DNA of 64,000 bases, taken from Stegostoma tigrinum (taxonomy: Eukaryota). Below are positions 1-12,962 of this stretch, piece by piece. The stretch's first letter is position 1; each line of letters starts with the position of its first letter. Both the position numbers and the translations under genes were made by a program. The stretch is taken from the NCBI RefSeq assembly GCF_030684315.1, contig NC_081367.1, positions 44,303,853-44,367,852 of the forward strand, in the 5' to 3' direction. The notes under the pieces are model-generated. The model saw only the letters and a program-made list of their open reading frames with translations. It was not told the origin of the DNA and ran no database searches.

Positions 1-320
1 GATGTTCACCTGCACATCTGCCAATGTGGTATATTGTATCCATTGTACTCGGTGTGGCTTCCTCTACATTGGGGAAACCAAGCGGAGGCTTGGTGACCGC
101 TTTGCGGAACACCTCCGCTCGGTTCGCAATAAACAATTGCACCTCCCAGTCGCCAACCATTTCAACTCCCCCTCCCATTCCTCAGATGACATGTCCATCA
201 TGGGCTTCCTGCAGTGCCACAATGATGCCACCCAAAGGTTGCAGGAACAGCAACTCATATTCCGCTTGGGAACCCTGCAGCCCAATGGTATCAATGTGGA
301 CTTCACAAGCTTAAAAACCT

Positions 321-437
321 CCCCTTCCCCCACTGCATCCCAAAACCAGCCCAGTTCTTCCCCTCCCCCCACTGCATCACAAAACCAGCCCAGCTCGTCC
401 CCTCCCCCAATTGCATCCCAAAACCAGCCCAGCCTGT
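321..437 (+). repeat. 39-bp tandem repeat, three copies, at the end of the PLE ORF
   Basis: Unit approximately cccctcccccactgcatcccaaaaccagcccagctcgtc; reads PPPTASQNQPSSS in frame. Confidence 0.85.
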
Positions 438-679
438 CCCCACTTTCCTAACCTGTTCTTCCTCTCACCCATCCCTTCCTCCCACCTCAAGCCACACCTC
501 CGTTCCTTACCTACCACCTCATCCCGCCTCCTTGACCTGTCTGTCTTCCCTGGACTGACCTATCCCCTCCCTACCTCCTCACCCATACTCTCCTCTCTAC
601 CTATCTTCTTCTCTCCATTTTCGGTCAGCCTCGCCTTCTCTCCCTATTTATTTCAGAACCCTCTCCCCATCCCCCTTTT

Positions 680-707
680 CTGATGAAGGGTCTAGACCCG
701 AAACGTC
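680..707 (+). ncRNA. Minimal type I hammerhead-ribozyme-like motif with intact core (PLE family A)
   Basis: CTGATGA-A-GGGT(CTAG)ACCC-GAAAC-GTC: conserved CUGANGA and GAAA boxes, a stem II, and a GUC cleavage triplet. Stem III is minimal (dimer type) and stem I is weak. Confidence 0.7.
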
Positions 708-758
708 AGCTTTTGTGCTCCTGAGATGCTGCTTGGCCTGCCGTGTTCATCTTGTTAT

Positions 759-805
759 CTTGGACAAAAGGGTCTGTTTCTGTTTTGTATGACTCTATGG
801 CTCTA
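759..805 (+). mobile_element. CR1/HER1-type 3' tail (host of the PLE insertion)
   Basis: ttggacaaaagggtctgtttctgttttgtatgactctatggctcta resembles the CR1 3' ends at about 14500, 25780 and 49075. Confidence 0.65.
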
Positions 806-2968
806 TTTCAGGTATACACGTTATTATTTGGTAGTTCAGGACTTGCTGAAAAAAGACACATTTTGTTGAATGTTTTCGCCTTACACTCATTAGACGGTGT
901 TTAATATTAGTTGTGACTCCAGCAATTGAATAATGTTTCTTACATAATCCTGAAGGTGCAAGGAATTACTCTGACAACCCATTTAAGATTATCAGTTTGT
1001 CTCATAAAGAGGTACAGTTGCATGTGCTGATTGTATACATTAACATGTAACAACGCATGTCAATACACTGGGTTCAACTTGGCAGTCAGAGAATTTTTCA
1101 CACAGGTCACCTGTTCAACTCAACAAATAGTTCATTTGATGTTTCATTTCTCAGGGCAGTGCCCTAACTAATCACAGTCAACTTGTCTGATTTAAAATTT
1201 CACAAATCCTAGCTTTTAACCTGTCAATTAGCACTGATGGGTGTATTCTTCATGGAAATTTTTCTGATAATTATATAAGATAGCCACAGCCCACTTGCCA
1301 ACCAATCTGCATTCTCCACCATGCAGTATAAATATTGGTTTTGTCCTTGAGTTTGTATTCTTGCAAATAGTCCTGATACGTATAAGGTGTAAAGCTTCAA
1401 CAAACATCTTTGTCAATTTTTTTCGAACAGCACTCAAGTTAGAGACTGCCCTTCTACCGTTTGCTGTAAATTATTAGCATGGACAGCTGTTGCGAATACA
1501 GCCAATAATTTTTCAGTTTGTCTGTCCTACTTCCTGCATCCTTTACGAACATTTTTCACCTTTTGAATGATGAATGGGTAAATTGCCTATGTAGTTTTAA
1601 CACAATTGACCTTTTGTCTTCTAAACTGCTGCCTCCTCATGTCAATAACACTTCTTTAATTATTATTAGCTTATGGAGCTTATCTTCCATTAAAGCACCC
1701 CAATTGCATAAATTAATTTCACAGACTTTTCCAATACAGAACTTTGTCATTTTCCATATCCAGCTTTTTCTGTTCACTTCATGAATTACTTATTTAATAG
1801 CAGTAATAGTTCTCTGGATACTATATCAGTACAAATCAAATGATTGTTTCCAGCTATTTTGTAACAAATGACAGTTTTTCTTAAAAAGATTTTAGTGTGT
1901 TTTCATTCCATATTCCGAAACTGGATGGAAATCTCAAATTCCTTAACTTTATTCCAATCCTTATTTCTCACTTCAGGCAGCATTTGCCAATGTGTTCCAC
2001 ATAGTGTAGATATGGACCCATTGCCAAATACTGCACAGTTGAAAGATTTTCCACCAATACATTCATCACTTGGCTGAAACTTCTTGTAACCAATACAATT
2101 CCCTATCTTTTGATCTATATTTCTATCTTTTTCCTCCTAATCCTCCATTTCATGTTATGGTTTAAAAACTTCATTATGCTGTTTGGAACAGTTGTTTTTT
2201 AAAATAGCAGGTTGGTATTTTGAATCACATTTTAATTGATTGACCAAACCCAAGCAGTTTCTGAGGTTCAGTTTTATATTGTAAATTCCAAATTCCCTTT
2301 GCTTCTCAAAGTTGTCAAAAGTATTTCAGTCTTCGTTTCTTTTATTTTACGTTAACTTTTCATGCTGTCTCCTGTTACCTGTATCGAGATGATCTCACCA
2401 GCCCATTAAAATTTTATCCTCTACCTTCCCTCTATTATAGCACATTGTAATTAATAGTCCTTTGAGACAATTATTTCTAGAGCCATCCTGCCTCTGTTCT
2501 TGTCCTGGGGCACTGATGGCACCTGAAAATTCAACTTTCAATTTATAAACACTGGTTGGATCAATCAATTCAAAGTTTATACCAATCAGATATACTGGAA
2601 AGTGCTTTATTTGTGGGCAGCAACCCTCATCCTTAGAAGTACATTAGTATTAGACAGACATGATATTTCCATTCATTTTTTTTCTCCCGATCCTTACCAC
2701 TGGGTGAGATTGAAATGTTAGTTCTGGATAATGAATAATTCCATTCTTTGCACACTCATCCACTGGGAGCAGATTTAGATTGCTCAGAATTAATTCCAAT
2801 TATAAATCATCCATTATCGGCATACTTTGTGCATAAGTTTGAAAACCTTTCCTAACTTTACTCCAAACAGAACATTAGATAAATAATGTGTAGATATTCT
2901 TTTCATTGACCTTGTAATAGTTTGGACATAACATAATGGAAAAATCAACAATATAACTAAATCTTTAT

Positions 2969-4440
2969 TAGAGTCATAGAATCATAAGGGTTTGTTTCCT
3001 TGCTGTGCCTCTATGTCCAACCAGCCCATGCTGAACATGACCACAAACTAAATTAGTTCCACCTGCCTGTGCTTGGCCCGTATCCCTCTAAACCTTTCTT
3101 ATTCATGTACTTAGCCAAATGTCTTTTAAATGTTGAAATTATACCTGTATCCATTACTTCCTCTGGAAGTTCATTCCACGCACAAACCCCTCTCTAGTTT
3201 TAAAAAAAAGTTGCCCCTCATGATTTAAAAAAAAACTTTCTCCTCTCACCTTAAAAATATGCCTCCTAACCTCAAAATCCCATCTGCCAAAATCCCATCT
3301 GCCATTCACCTTATCTGTGCCACCCATGATTTTATGAGCGTTAGTAAGGTCACCCCTCAACCTCCTATGATCCAGTGAAAAAGCTCCAGCCTCTCCTTTA
3401 TAACTCAAACCCTCCATTCCCAGTAACATCCTGGTAAATCTTTTCTGAACCCCGTCTAGCTTAATAATTTCATTCCTGTAACTGGAGAACCGAACTGGAC
3501 ACAGTATTCCCCAGAAGAGGCCTCATCAACATCCTGTACAACCTCAACATGATGTACCAACTCTGATAATCAAAGGTCTGAGCAATGAAGACAAGTGTGC
3601 TAAATGCCGCCTTAACTACCCTGACTGCACGTGATGCAAACTTCATCAGAACCTCTAGGCCTCTTTGTTCTACAACATGACCCAAGACTCCCGTTTTAAT
3701 TGTATAAGTCCTGCCCTTGTTTGTTTTACCAAAAAGTGATGCCAAGCATTTATCCAAATTAAATGCCATCTGCCACTCCTCAGCCCATTGACCCAATTGA
3801 TCAAGATCTCTTTGCAATCTTTGATTATCTTCTTCATTGTCCACTATACCACCAATTTTGGTATCTGTAAACTTACTAACCATGTCTTCCATATTCTCAT
3901 CTAAATCATTTATATGACAACAAAAGTAGACTCAGCACTGATCTCTGTAGAGCACCGCTGGTAACAGTCCTCCAATTGGAACAACAACCTTCCACCAACT
4001 CTTTGTCTCGTGCTGTGAAGCCAATTTTGTATCCAGGTTCACCGTGGATCCAAGTGGTCTCACTTTACTAATTGGTGTTCCAGGCAGAACTTTGTCAAAG
4101 GTTTTAGTAAAGTCCAAGTAAACAAAGTCCAATGCTCTGCCCTCATCAGTCTTCTTGGTTACTTACTCAAAAAACTCAATCAAGTTTGTGAGACACCATT
4201 TCCCTCTCACAAAACCGTGCTGACTATCCCTAATCATTCCTTGCCTCTCCAAGTGCCTGTAAATCATATCGTTCAGAATCATCTCCATCAACATACTGAC
4301 CATCTAAGTCAGACTCCCATGTCTATAGTTCCAAGCTTCTCCTTACTGCCTTCCTTAAATAAAGGCACAACATTAGCCACTCTCCAGTCATCTGGCACCT
4401 CACTCGTAATTATAGATGAACAAATATTTCTACCCCACAA
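2969..4440 (-). mobile_element. CR1 (HER1-like) LINE, 5'-truncated, decayed RT
   Basis: Minus-strand ORF fragments DFVYLDFTKTFDKV, SKFTDTKIGG..LQRDLDQLGQWAEEWQM.FN and RRLRGDL; microsatellite-like 3' tail near 2970. Confidence 0.9.
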
Positions 4441-5581
4441 TTGCCCTCTGGGTTTGCCAGATAACTATTAGCTTGTGCACGGGAGGGCTGAAATTTATCC
4501 CTGGGGTCTGGAGGTAAAAAGATTAGTGTTATTACTTATATTGCAAACTCATATTTAGTTTAATTGTTAATGTTTCATCGATACATTTATATGCCTGAAT
4601 CCAAGTTGTACATTCTTGAACGATGATGATCTAATCCACTCGGGACTCCCACCATGCAGTGTTAATAGTTTCAAATTTAATTTTTTTGATAGTCACAACA
4701 CAAAATGGTAAAAAGACTGCTGAAAGTTCAAAAACAGAATTTTTTCTGCAAATAAATGAAACAATAGGATTAATTGCATTGCTCTTTTGTAGACCTGACG
4801 AAGTGGGCCAAGCATCATCCATCAATACGCTGGTCCTGTGAAATAGGAAGGGGATCAAAAAATGTGGGTCTAACTTTAATATTTCCCTTAACATCTTTTG
4901 AACATCTCTCATTGATTACATACTATAAACTTCAGACAAAATGGAAATGCTGTCTAGATCGGAGTTCTGAAGATGGTTGGAAGAAAACAAACTTACATGA
5001 GAAATATTTGCTGGATAACCGCATTTTAGAAATCAACCTTTTCAGGATAGTGATATTAGTTTTTTTTTGTTGATTAGACTATTTTAAAATAACATTACCA
5101 CGCTAGCTTCATGCATTATAGTAAACCATGGATCAGTTGTTTAAGCTCTGAAGTTGCATTTTAAATTAGCTTTCCTGTACATCAAGTAAATTAGCACAAT
5201 GTAATTAAATTGTCATCACAATGACTGAGAAGAATTATCTTCCTCATTCACCAACATTTTCTACTGTGATATTTTGATATATTCTCAAAGGATGCCATAG
5301 ACCAGTCTTTTTTTCTCATATGCTGCATGTTATTTTAGTAACTCCCCAAAAAGAAAAATGGTACTTAAATCATTTTTATCATTTGAAGCAACACATAAGA
5401 GATACGTCAAATCTTGTTAATATCAACTTTTCTCAATGGATTCCAAATCATAGGGCAGTTTCCCAGTGCTTTTTATTTTTTGGATGACATTTTAAAAAAA
5501 AGACTATGACTCTTAATTTTATGATTTAAATATAAAACAGAACCTCTAAAACTGTTGCTTATGCAACCAGGCATTACAAAG

Positions 5582-5716
5582 CAGAGATAATGGGAACTGC
5601 AGATGCTGGAGAATCCGAGATAACAAAGTGTGGAGCTGGATGAACACTGCAGGCCAAGCAGCATCTCAGGAGCACAAAAGCTGACATTTCGGGCCTCGAC
5701 CCTTCACCTTGTTTTA
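5582..5716 (-). mobile_element. PLE family A tailed pLTR; inverted arm collapsed
   Basis: Reverse complement of the family A pLTR plus its tail (cagagataatgggaactgcagatgctggagaatcc). The hammerhead is cut inside CTGATGA and followed by a ccttgtt remnant of the opposite arm. Confidence 0.85.
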
Positions 5717-6477
5717 CCTTGAATTTTTATTTGGTAATTGCAAGCCCTCTTCACTCGGTGCTGATAGATATACAGCAACCCACAAAAACTGGCACAGCTC
5801 AAACTGACCAAATATTATAAATTATTTCAGCAATTTATGATTCAGTTTGAATAGTCAATGTAAATAATCATTATAGTTTACAAAGGTGATTCATCCTCAG
5901 AAATGCCATTTTTATTTCTCAGAAGTCTGTTTTGGTAATAAATTAATAGGGCATTTGTAGGTAAAACTGCAGTTCACCTGACACACCCAAGATAATTTCA
6001 CTTCAAGATATTGTCCCAATCAGTTGATAACTGAATCCTATGATTTTACTTGACATTTTGATGGGAAGAAAATGAAATCGGAAGACAAAGTTTCCTATAT
6101 TCAGACTGAACCTAGTAGGCATGTGACCACAAGCTTCAGAGACCATGTGATGATAATATATACCTGTTAACAATTAGTGAAATGTAACTGCTAAAAATAT
6201 TCCAAAATTATATTTAATGTACACATTTCTGCAAGTTTTAACTGTGAACATAATGAAAATGGCATGAGTAATCTGATTACCTAAACTAATGTTGCTGTCA
6301 AGCATGTTAGAAATATGACGTAATCATTCCTGTTGAAGGAAGTACAGCGAAGCAGAAAAATGCAACAAGGACCAGGTTTTAATTTTGGAGTTAATTCAAA
6401 ACCTTCGGTATTGTAGGAACTAAAGAAAGAAAAAACGAATATAAGTTCATAAATGTGCAAGGATAGCTACAAGTTAG

Positions 6478-6705
6478 AAAACAAACAGCCAGAATAAAAG
6501 AACATTTGAGAGCCTTTCATTCTGTGTGAAGAGCATGCTGTGGTTGAATTTTGGTCCTCATTGAAGACTTCCAATTCTGACAAAATATCTGAACAGCTGA
6601 ATAGCTAGCCCCACCTTCCTTTCTCTTCAGGTGCTGTGTAACCTGCTAAATGTTGCTGTTATTGTTTTTATTTCAGATTTGCCACATATGGAATATTTTT
6701 TGAGC
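6478..6705 (+). mobile_element. Old, degenerate PLE-derived fold-back element
   Basis: Right part ctcttcaggtgctgtgtaacctgctaaatgttgctgttattgtttttatttcagattt resembles the pLTR and tail of the 17.0-kb element. Confidence 0.45.
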
Positions 6706-7603
6706 TGCTTTGTGTTTGACAGAGCAGGAGACCCATTTGTGACCTAAACAACTTAAATACCCATTCATCTTTATTGTAAAACCTAAAGTAAAAGCCTGCA
6801 TTGGATCCTTTACCCATATCTCTTCAGTTTTACATAGGCTGCATTGTTGGAAATTGGCTCCATTTTGAAAGATTATTTACACCTGACTTAAATTTGTTAA
6901 TACAAATTGCATCCAATGGCATCTGTGTTTACACCAGCAATATAATGTCATTGATGTCTTACATATTTTCAGGAAAGGCAATGTTTTTGGTGCAAAGTAG
7001 TTTTCTCATTCTTTGGAAACAGTGTATCTATAAAGCACAAAGTAAGTATCAAGTTCTGGATACTTCTGAAGATCGTAGAGACTCTTCTATATTGCAAGGT
7101 TCTTTGAAAGAGCAATGGAGTCCAGTTCTACAACTCCGCTTTCTCCCTGAAACCCTCCAAATTAGTTTTCATGGAATATGCATTCATTTGCCTTTTACAA
7201 GTTCAAAAACAGCCAGGTTCTACTACCATTTCAAATAGTGTAGAATTTAACAACCCTCCATGTGACTTATTTCCTATTCATTTCCAGTCTAGTTTCTTTG
7301 CAATTTTTTAGTACTCATGCGATATGGGTATTGTTGGTTAGGCAAGCATTTTATTACACATCCCTAATTCCCCAAAGGGCAAGTAAGAGTCGACCACATT
7401 GTTCTGGGTCCGGACTCACATGTATTCCAGTCCAGGAAAGGATGGCTGATTCCTTTCCAAATGATATTAGTGAGCCAGATGGAGTTTTTTTTACAACAAT
7501 CAACAGCAGTTTCATGGCTAGTTTTCTATTATTTCTGTTCTTATTGAATTAAAATTTCACCTTTTAACAGGGTAGGATATTTACCTACATCCCCAAATTG
7601 TTA

Positions 7604-9042
7604 ATTAAAAACCACAAGAACTGCGGATGCTGTAATCAGGAACAAAAACAAAGTTGCTGGAGAAGTTCAGCAGGTCTGGTAGCATATGTGAAGGAAAAAA
7701 GAGTTAACATTTCAGGTCCACTGACCCTTCCTCAGAACTGATGATGGTTGGGAAAATGTCAGTTTTATGCAGAGAGTAGGGAGATGGGTGGGGTAGGTAG
7801 TAAACGATAGGATAGAGCCCAAAGAGAGAGAAGGAGCCCAAAGAGAGAGAAAGGCAGTTGGATGGACAAAGGAGTTGCTAACGATCAGGCTGGGAGAGTC
7901 AATGGTTACTGGGGACTGTTAGTGAGTAACAACAGGGGGAGTGTGATGGCAGGCTATGTGGTAACAAGGCCCGGTGTGTGGGGTAGGGGTTTGGGTCATG
8001 GGAGAGTTTAGGTCCTAAAATTATTGAATTCAATTTGAGTCAATAGGGCTGTTCCCTCCTGCAACAGTGATAGGGTTCCCCTTATCCTCACCTACCATCC
8101 CACCAGCACCCACATCCAGAAGATCATCAGACACCATTTCTGCCATCTCCAGTGAGATGCCACCATTAGACATACACTCCCCTCCCCTCCCTGGTCTGCC
8201 TTCTGGGACTGTTCCTTCCAGGACACCCTGGTCCACACTCCCTTCACCTCCTACACCCACCACAGGCCTGAGGTACCTTCCCCTGCGACTGCCGAAGGTG
8301 TAATATCTGCCCATTTACCTCCTCCCTCCCCAGTATCCAACGGCCCAAACATACCTTCCAAATGAAGCAACATTTTACCTGCGCTCCACAGAATTTAGCC
8401 TACTGCATTCACTGCTCACCGTGTGGTCTCCTCTATATCGGGGAAATGAAGTGTAGACTTGGCGACCGCTTTGCGGAACATCTATGTTCTGCTCGCAAAA
8501 GAAAAGCCCTGAACTACCTTTTGCCTGCCACTTCAATGCACCACCCTGTTCCCTGGCAACATCTATGTCTGGCTTGCTGCAGTGTTCCAGCGAAGCCCAA
8601 CGCCAGTTGGAGGAACAACACCTCATTTTCTGCTTGGGGACCCTACAGCCCTCCGGACTCAATATTGAGTTCAATAATTGAAGGCCTAAACTCTCCCATG
8701 TCCCAGCCCCCCACCCCATACACCAGGCCTTCTAACCACATAGCCTGCCACTACACACCCCCTGTTGTTAGTCACTAACAGTCCCCATTAACAACTATTC
8801 ACCCTTCCAGCCTGATCATTAGCAACTCCTTTATCTGTCCAACTATCTTTCTCTCTCTTTGGGCTCTATCCTATCATTTACTCCCTACCCACCCCCCTCC
8901 CTATTTTCTGCATATAATCTGACGATTTCCCGTCCACCATCAGTTCTGAGGAAGGGTCACCGGACCCAAAACATTAACTCTGTTTTTACCTTCACAGATG
9001 CTGCCAGATCTGCTGACCTTTTCCAGCAACTTTGTTTTTGTT
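7604..9042 (+). mobile_element. PLE family B fold-back insertion: ~400-bp inverted arms around a GIY-YIG remnant
   Basis: TSD cccaaattgtta at 7592-7603 and 9043-9054. The left arm (about 7604-8045, minus, tailed) is inverted relative to about 8655-9042. ORF 8362 reads FTCAPQNLAYCIHCSPCGLLYIGEMKCRLGDRFAEHL. Confidence 0.92.
7702..7739 (-). ncRNA. Hammerhead-like motif of PLE family B (antisense arm)
   Basis: The minus strand reads AGTT-CTGAGGA-A-GGGTC(AGTG)GACCT-GAAAT-GTT-AACT, and AGTT/AACT can form stem I. The plus-strand partner at about 8946-8975 has GAAA changed to AAAA. Confidence 0.55.
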
Positions 9043-9396
9043 CCCAAATTGTTAGCCCAAAGTTCTGGATTACTAGTCGGTAACATTACACTTACACTTC
9101 CTCTATCAATTGATCAATCCTATAACCTCCAGATATTGACTGACTTGTCAAAGGAAATAGTTTCTTTTCGATTGCTCAATAAAAACCTTTAATAATAAAA
9201 ACCTTCAATAAATTTGGAATATGTTAGGTTGCTCCAGTTTTGGTGCTTTTAGGAGAACAATAGCAAATTTTACTTCTGCACATCAGCAGCACTTTATTCC
9301 TGATATCACATAGATAAATAACCATTCCGAAATGCAGTGCTCAAATTTGTTCACAATACTCCAGCTGGGGCCTCATCTGTGATTCATAAAACATGA

Positions 9397-9482
9397 GACA
9401 ACAGTGTGGAGCTGGATGAACGCAGCAGGCCAGGTAGCATCAGAGGAGCAGGAAAATTGACGTTTCAGGTCAGGACCCTTCT
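9397..9482 (-). mobile_element. Solo PLE family A-like pLTR fragment
   Basis: gtgtggagctggatgaacgcagcaggcc...gacgtttcaggtcaggacccttc, flanked by the near-duplicate ttcataaaac(a/g)tga. Confidence 0.8.
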
Positions 9483-10357
9483 TCATAAAACGTGACCATG
9501 TTTTGTATTCAAAAACCAAATTTGTAAAAACAAACAAGTATTTCCTGTGCTGTTTTAAAAATCTCCTCAATTTGCTGTGACCCCTTGAATGACTCAGGAA
9601 TATATGCACTTGTACCTCTATTCTTGTACACTTAAAAATATCCCACTTAGATTATACTGGTGCTTCAAGTTGTTTCTTCTAAAGTACATCACTTCATACT
9701 TAATCAGTATTAAATTGCATCTGCCATGCACCTTCTGTTCCATCGGTCTGTTTATGTCCTGCTGGGCCTCCAACTATCCTACTGGCTATTTATTAGATTG
9801 TTGATTCTTATGTTTATCTGCACACTTTGAAATTGTACTTCTTCTATCCATTTTACTTTAATCGTCAGTTCCGCTCTGCTTGAAATAATCTTGAGGTATA
9901 GGGCATTTATCACAAAAATTAAAAATTTACATTTTTTTATGAACAATGCTCCTTCTCTGGTTGTAGTACATTTGTCAGAGACACAGCCTTTACAGCACAT
10001 TAGGCACTTTGATTCAAGCAAAGCAACTACCAATTTTTCAAATTGACAACAGCATTTCCATTCATGCTTCAGATGTCAGCATTTCAAAGGGGGAAATATC
10101 TCTTCTCCAACTGAGATTAAAGGTCATCAGACAAAGAAAGCCAGATGGAGGACAAGGCTGGTGCTTTTGTAACCAATCATAATCACTGTTTATTTTCATT
10201 TAGGTTATTCGCTGCATGAAATTTGATTGTGGAATGCTATGTGAAAGCAGTCAATACCTATAATTATCAACATCCCATTACCTGGTGCAGATCATCATTG
10301 TCCTATTACCTTAACTCTCTTCACAGATACTGCTTAACCTGCTGCGTATTTACAGTG

Positions 10358-10584
10358 ATAAGAGATAATGGGAACTGCAGATGCTTGAGAATCCAAGATA
10401 ACAAAGTGTGTAGCTGGATGAACACAGCAGGCCAAGGAGCATCTCAGGAGCACAAAAGCTGACGTTTCGGGCCTAGACCCTCCTTCAGCTCTGATGAAGA
10501 GTCTAGGCCCGAAGCGTCAGCTTTTGTGCTCCTGAGATGCTGCTTGGCCTGCTGTGTTCATCCAGCTACACGCTTTGTTATCAA
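10358..10584. mobile_element. PLE family A palindromic mini-element inserted into an older PLE pLTR
   Basis: TSD gtatttacagtg at 10346-10357 and 10585-10596. Two ~90-bp inverted arms meet at about 10489 and the tail is on the left. Both hammerhead cores are mutated. The host sequence ttaactctcttcacagatactgc...ttttctgttttattt is another PLE pLTR. Confidence 0.92.
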
Positions 10585-12789
10585 GTATTTACAGTGTTTT
10601 CTGTTTTATTTCGGTCTACCAAAAAAGCAGTATTATGCAGTTGATTATCTCTGATCTGGTTTCAGGTTTTAAATGCAGAAAATGTTTTAAGCTGGAAAGG
10701 CTAATTAAATTTTTGGTGTAAACTTAAAACTCAACTTTGATATCTTGTTTCAATGATTCACCTCATTTCGGTCCTTTTTGAAGCTATATAAATTTGTGGG
10801 AGCATAGTTTCCACACATAGGTTTTTGAATTATTTTGACTGGTAAATAGCTGAAAATGTTTACTGATAACAATGCAGCTGAGAAAACTAGGCATCTGGGG
10901 CTTGGGCAAACAGGATAGGCAACTGCCTATCTGCTAAACAAATCAAATTGAAACTATCAGCACACAGATTCAAGGACCTATAAAGTCAAATGGGTGAAGG
11001 TTTATTCAGGTGCAGAAAAGGAACTAACAAGAGAATGAGAGGATGGATTAAAAGCAGAGAAGTGACTCAGGAAAGAAGGTAAAAATAAATTTAATTTTTC
11101 TATGTTTATAATCACTATAGGAACCTGAGGGGATGAAACTTTGTCGTTAATTTTCAGTGCCATCAAGGATGTATAAAAGCAAATAACACTTGTCAATATC
11201 ATTGTAAATATCCTTCTAATAATGTGACAAGTTAATTTTCTGAGTTTAGTTCACATCTAAGGTGCAAATATGTTGCAATATTGATGCATTCCAAGAGACG
11301 CTGTTTTCGTGAGTATAATTGTGGTGTGATGTAACTCAAAAGACAATTATTGATCTTTGCGTTTAATGATGCATTTTATCCCTTGTCTGAAATTTCTGAA
11401 CCCTGTATGCATAGATAACAAGTGCAATTAGTGTCACTGTTATTTTTGCCAGCTAATTCTGGCTGATGGTGTTTGGCTGAAAACTAAATCAGCATGACTT
11501 TTATTGAGGTAATTATAGTTACCTCCAGCCTGACGTAAGTGTGGGACAGTGCTAGATGTGATATTGAGCTGGGTTATTGTGGATTATTGTAAATATTGGT
11601 GAAGTCTTGTAGGAGCCTTGAAGACGTGAGCTATGATGTGAATTTTGTGAAAAACCCAGCAAATCTTGTCTTGATGTTGCATCTTTTAACCAAGTTCCAG
11701 GCATTGAGACCAAGTTCTCACTAGGCAATGACGGTTTACCTATCAAGGAAAGGTGGTATGGCTTGTTAATGACATCATTGACTGCAGGTCTCTCCTCATC
11801 AATATGCACTTTTCTATCGTGTCACACAGCATGAGCAAACTAGACACTGAGAATTGTTGTCATGGAAGTGAGAAGGGTATCTGGTGACTTTAGCTTGCTG
11901 CTTACTGGGCACCAACTACCATTGCCTCAGGGCACAGCCCATGGGCACTGGCTGCACTCCATAACAACATGTCCACGGTTCTTTAACATGTGCCAGCCTC
12001 TGAGAACCTTCCTAGCATGTCTCTGATGCACTCACGGGATGCTTCCGCCCTCCAATGCTGCACTTGGGCTGTACCAGAAACTATCATTGTAATGTTGCAG
12101 CAATGACACTGTGCACTCAGGGACATATGCCCAACCCCTGGGCTGGACTAGGCTGCATCACCAGGGGGTTCACTTGCTCTCTTCACACTCAACTCTGAGC
12201 ATACTGAGTCTACCTGAATGCTCACGGCATCCCTGCCTCGCCTTGAGTTTCTGTGCTTAGAAAGAGACACCAGGCTCACTGTGCTAGAATATTGCCTTTC
12301 CATTTAGTGTAGATTCCATGCCAGGAAGATGCTTGTTGTTGTCATCAGTCCTCAGTCAAGGCAAAGGTGATAATCTTTGCTTGGGGATCCTGACACACTA
12401 CCTTAAGGGCATGGTCAGTCAGTCACTCACAGGGCAGTCAAAGTCAGGATCCTCCCCTCCTAAGGGCTGAGAGCTGAATTTTGGGCAGTTACCGTCCATC
12501 TTTATTCTTCGTGCCCTATTGTGAGGTGCTTTCCTTTCAGAATAAAGCCGAGGCAGGTATTACGAGAGATGAAAGTAGGTTGCATAGCTGTGACTGTCAG
12601 TGCAAGTGGGGAGGTATATCAACTGAGTGAATTAACAAAGCAGCTTGCCTGGTTTGTGGTGTCAGGTATTGGGGAAGATAAGATCAAATGGGGAAGATGT
12701 TGCAGGCAACAGTGAGATTGATAGAGCATGAGTTTAGCTAGGAGGTCAGTGTAGTAGCAGAGACAGAGTGAGGGACTGGAGAGAGCTCT

Positions 12790-12962
12790 CCTCCTTACCT
12801 TGCTGCATATTCCTCCAGATGGCTGAGACTGCACTGAATCTCAGTGGGCAACCTCAAACATGATCTGGTGCTGTGGCCACCCCAGTAGTACATTCTCTAC
12901 CGCAAGCACTATCTCTGCACCATCCTGTCTAGCAGGACCCCCTGATGCCTGTCCATAAAGTG
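12790..12962 (-). mobile_element. Possible decayed Myb/SANT-like ORF of a Harbinger/PIF-type DNA transposon, within a GC-richer block (~11.6-13.1 kb)
   Basis: The frameshifted pieces FMDRHQGVLLDRMVQR, PQHQIMFEVAH and SAVSAIWRNMQQ recall the Myb/SANT-like pattern F...E..VLL..V.....W.EVA..VNAVS..R...QC. No TIRs were seen. Confidence 0.35.

Larger units (their letters stand above)
1..763 (+). mobile_element. Penelope-like element, family A: 3' part with GIY-YIG endonuclease, CT-rich 3' UTR and untailed pseudo-LTR (pLTR); runs off the window edge
   Basis: ORF 2-451 (FTCTSANVVYCIHCTRCGFLYIGETKRRLGDRFAEH...LQPNGINV) is a GIY-YIG domain with the PLE-type Cys/His linker. The hammerhead-bearing repeat follows and joins a CR1 3' tail through TTGGA. 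Confidence 0.9.
7312..9100 (-). mobile_element. tRNA-headed SINE, split by the PLE at 7604-9042
   Basis: The head (ctggattactagtcggtaacattacac, reverse complement) lies at 9055-9095 and the body and tail at 7312-7603. Similar to copies at about 26.05 kb and 29.9 kb. Confidence 0.6.

Noticed and set aside
321-437. CRISPR-like array
   Set aside because: The units are contiguous tandem repeats without unique spacers, in a vertebrate retroelement.
6801-7238. 145-aa ORF in AT-rich sequence
   Set aside because: Non-ATG start, no recognisable domain, and no convincing exon structure; likely spurious.
10358-10584. Palindromic elements as DNA-transposon MITEs, miRNA genes or terminators
   Set aside because: The arms are the pLTR found downstream of a PLE GIY-YIG ORF (680-763), they carry an asymmetric tail, and their TSDs are long and variable.
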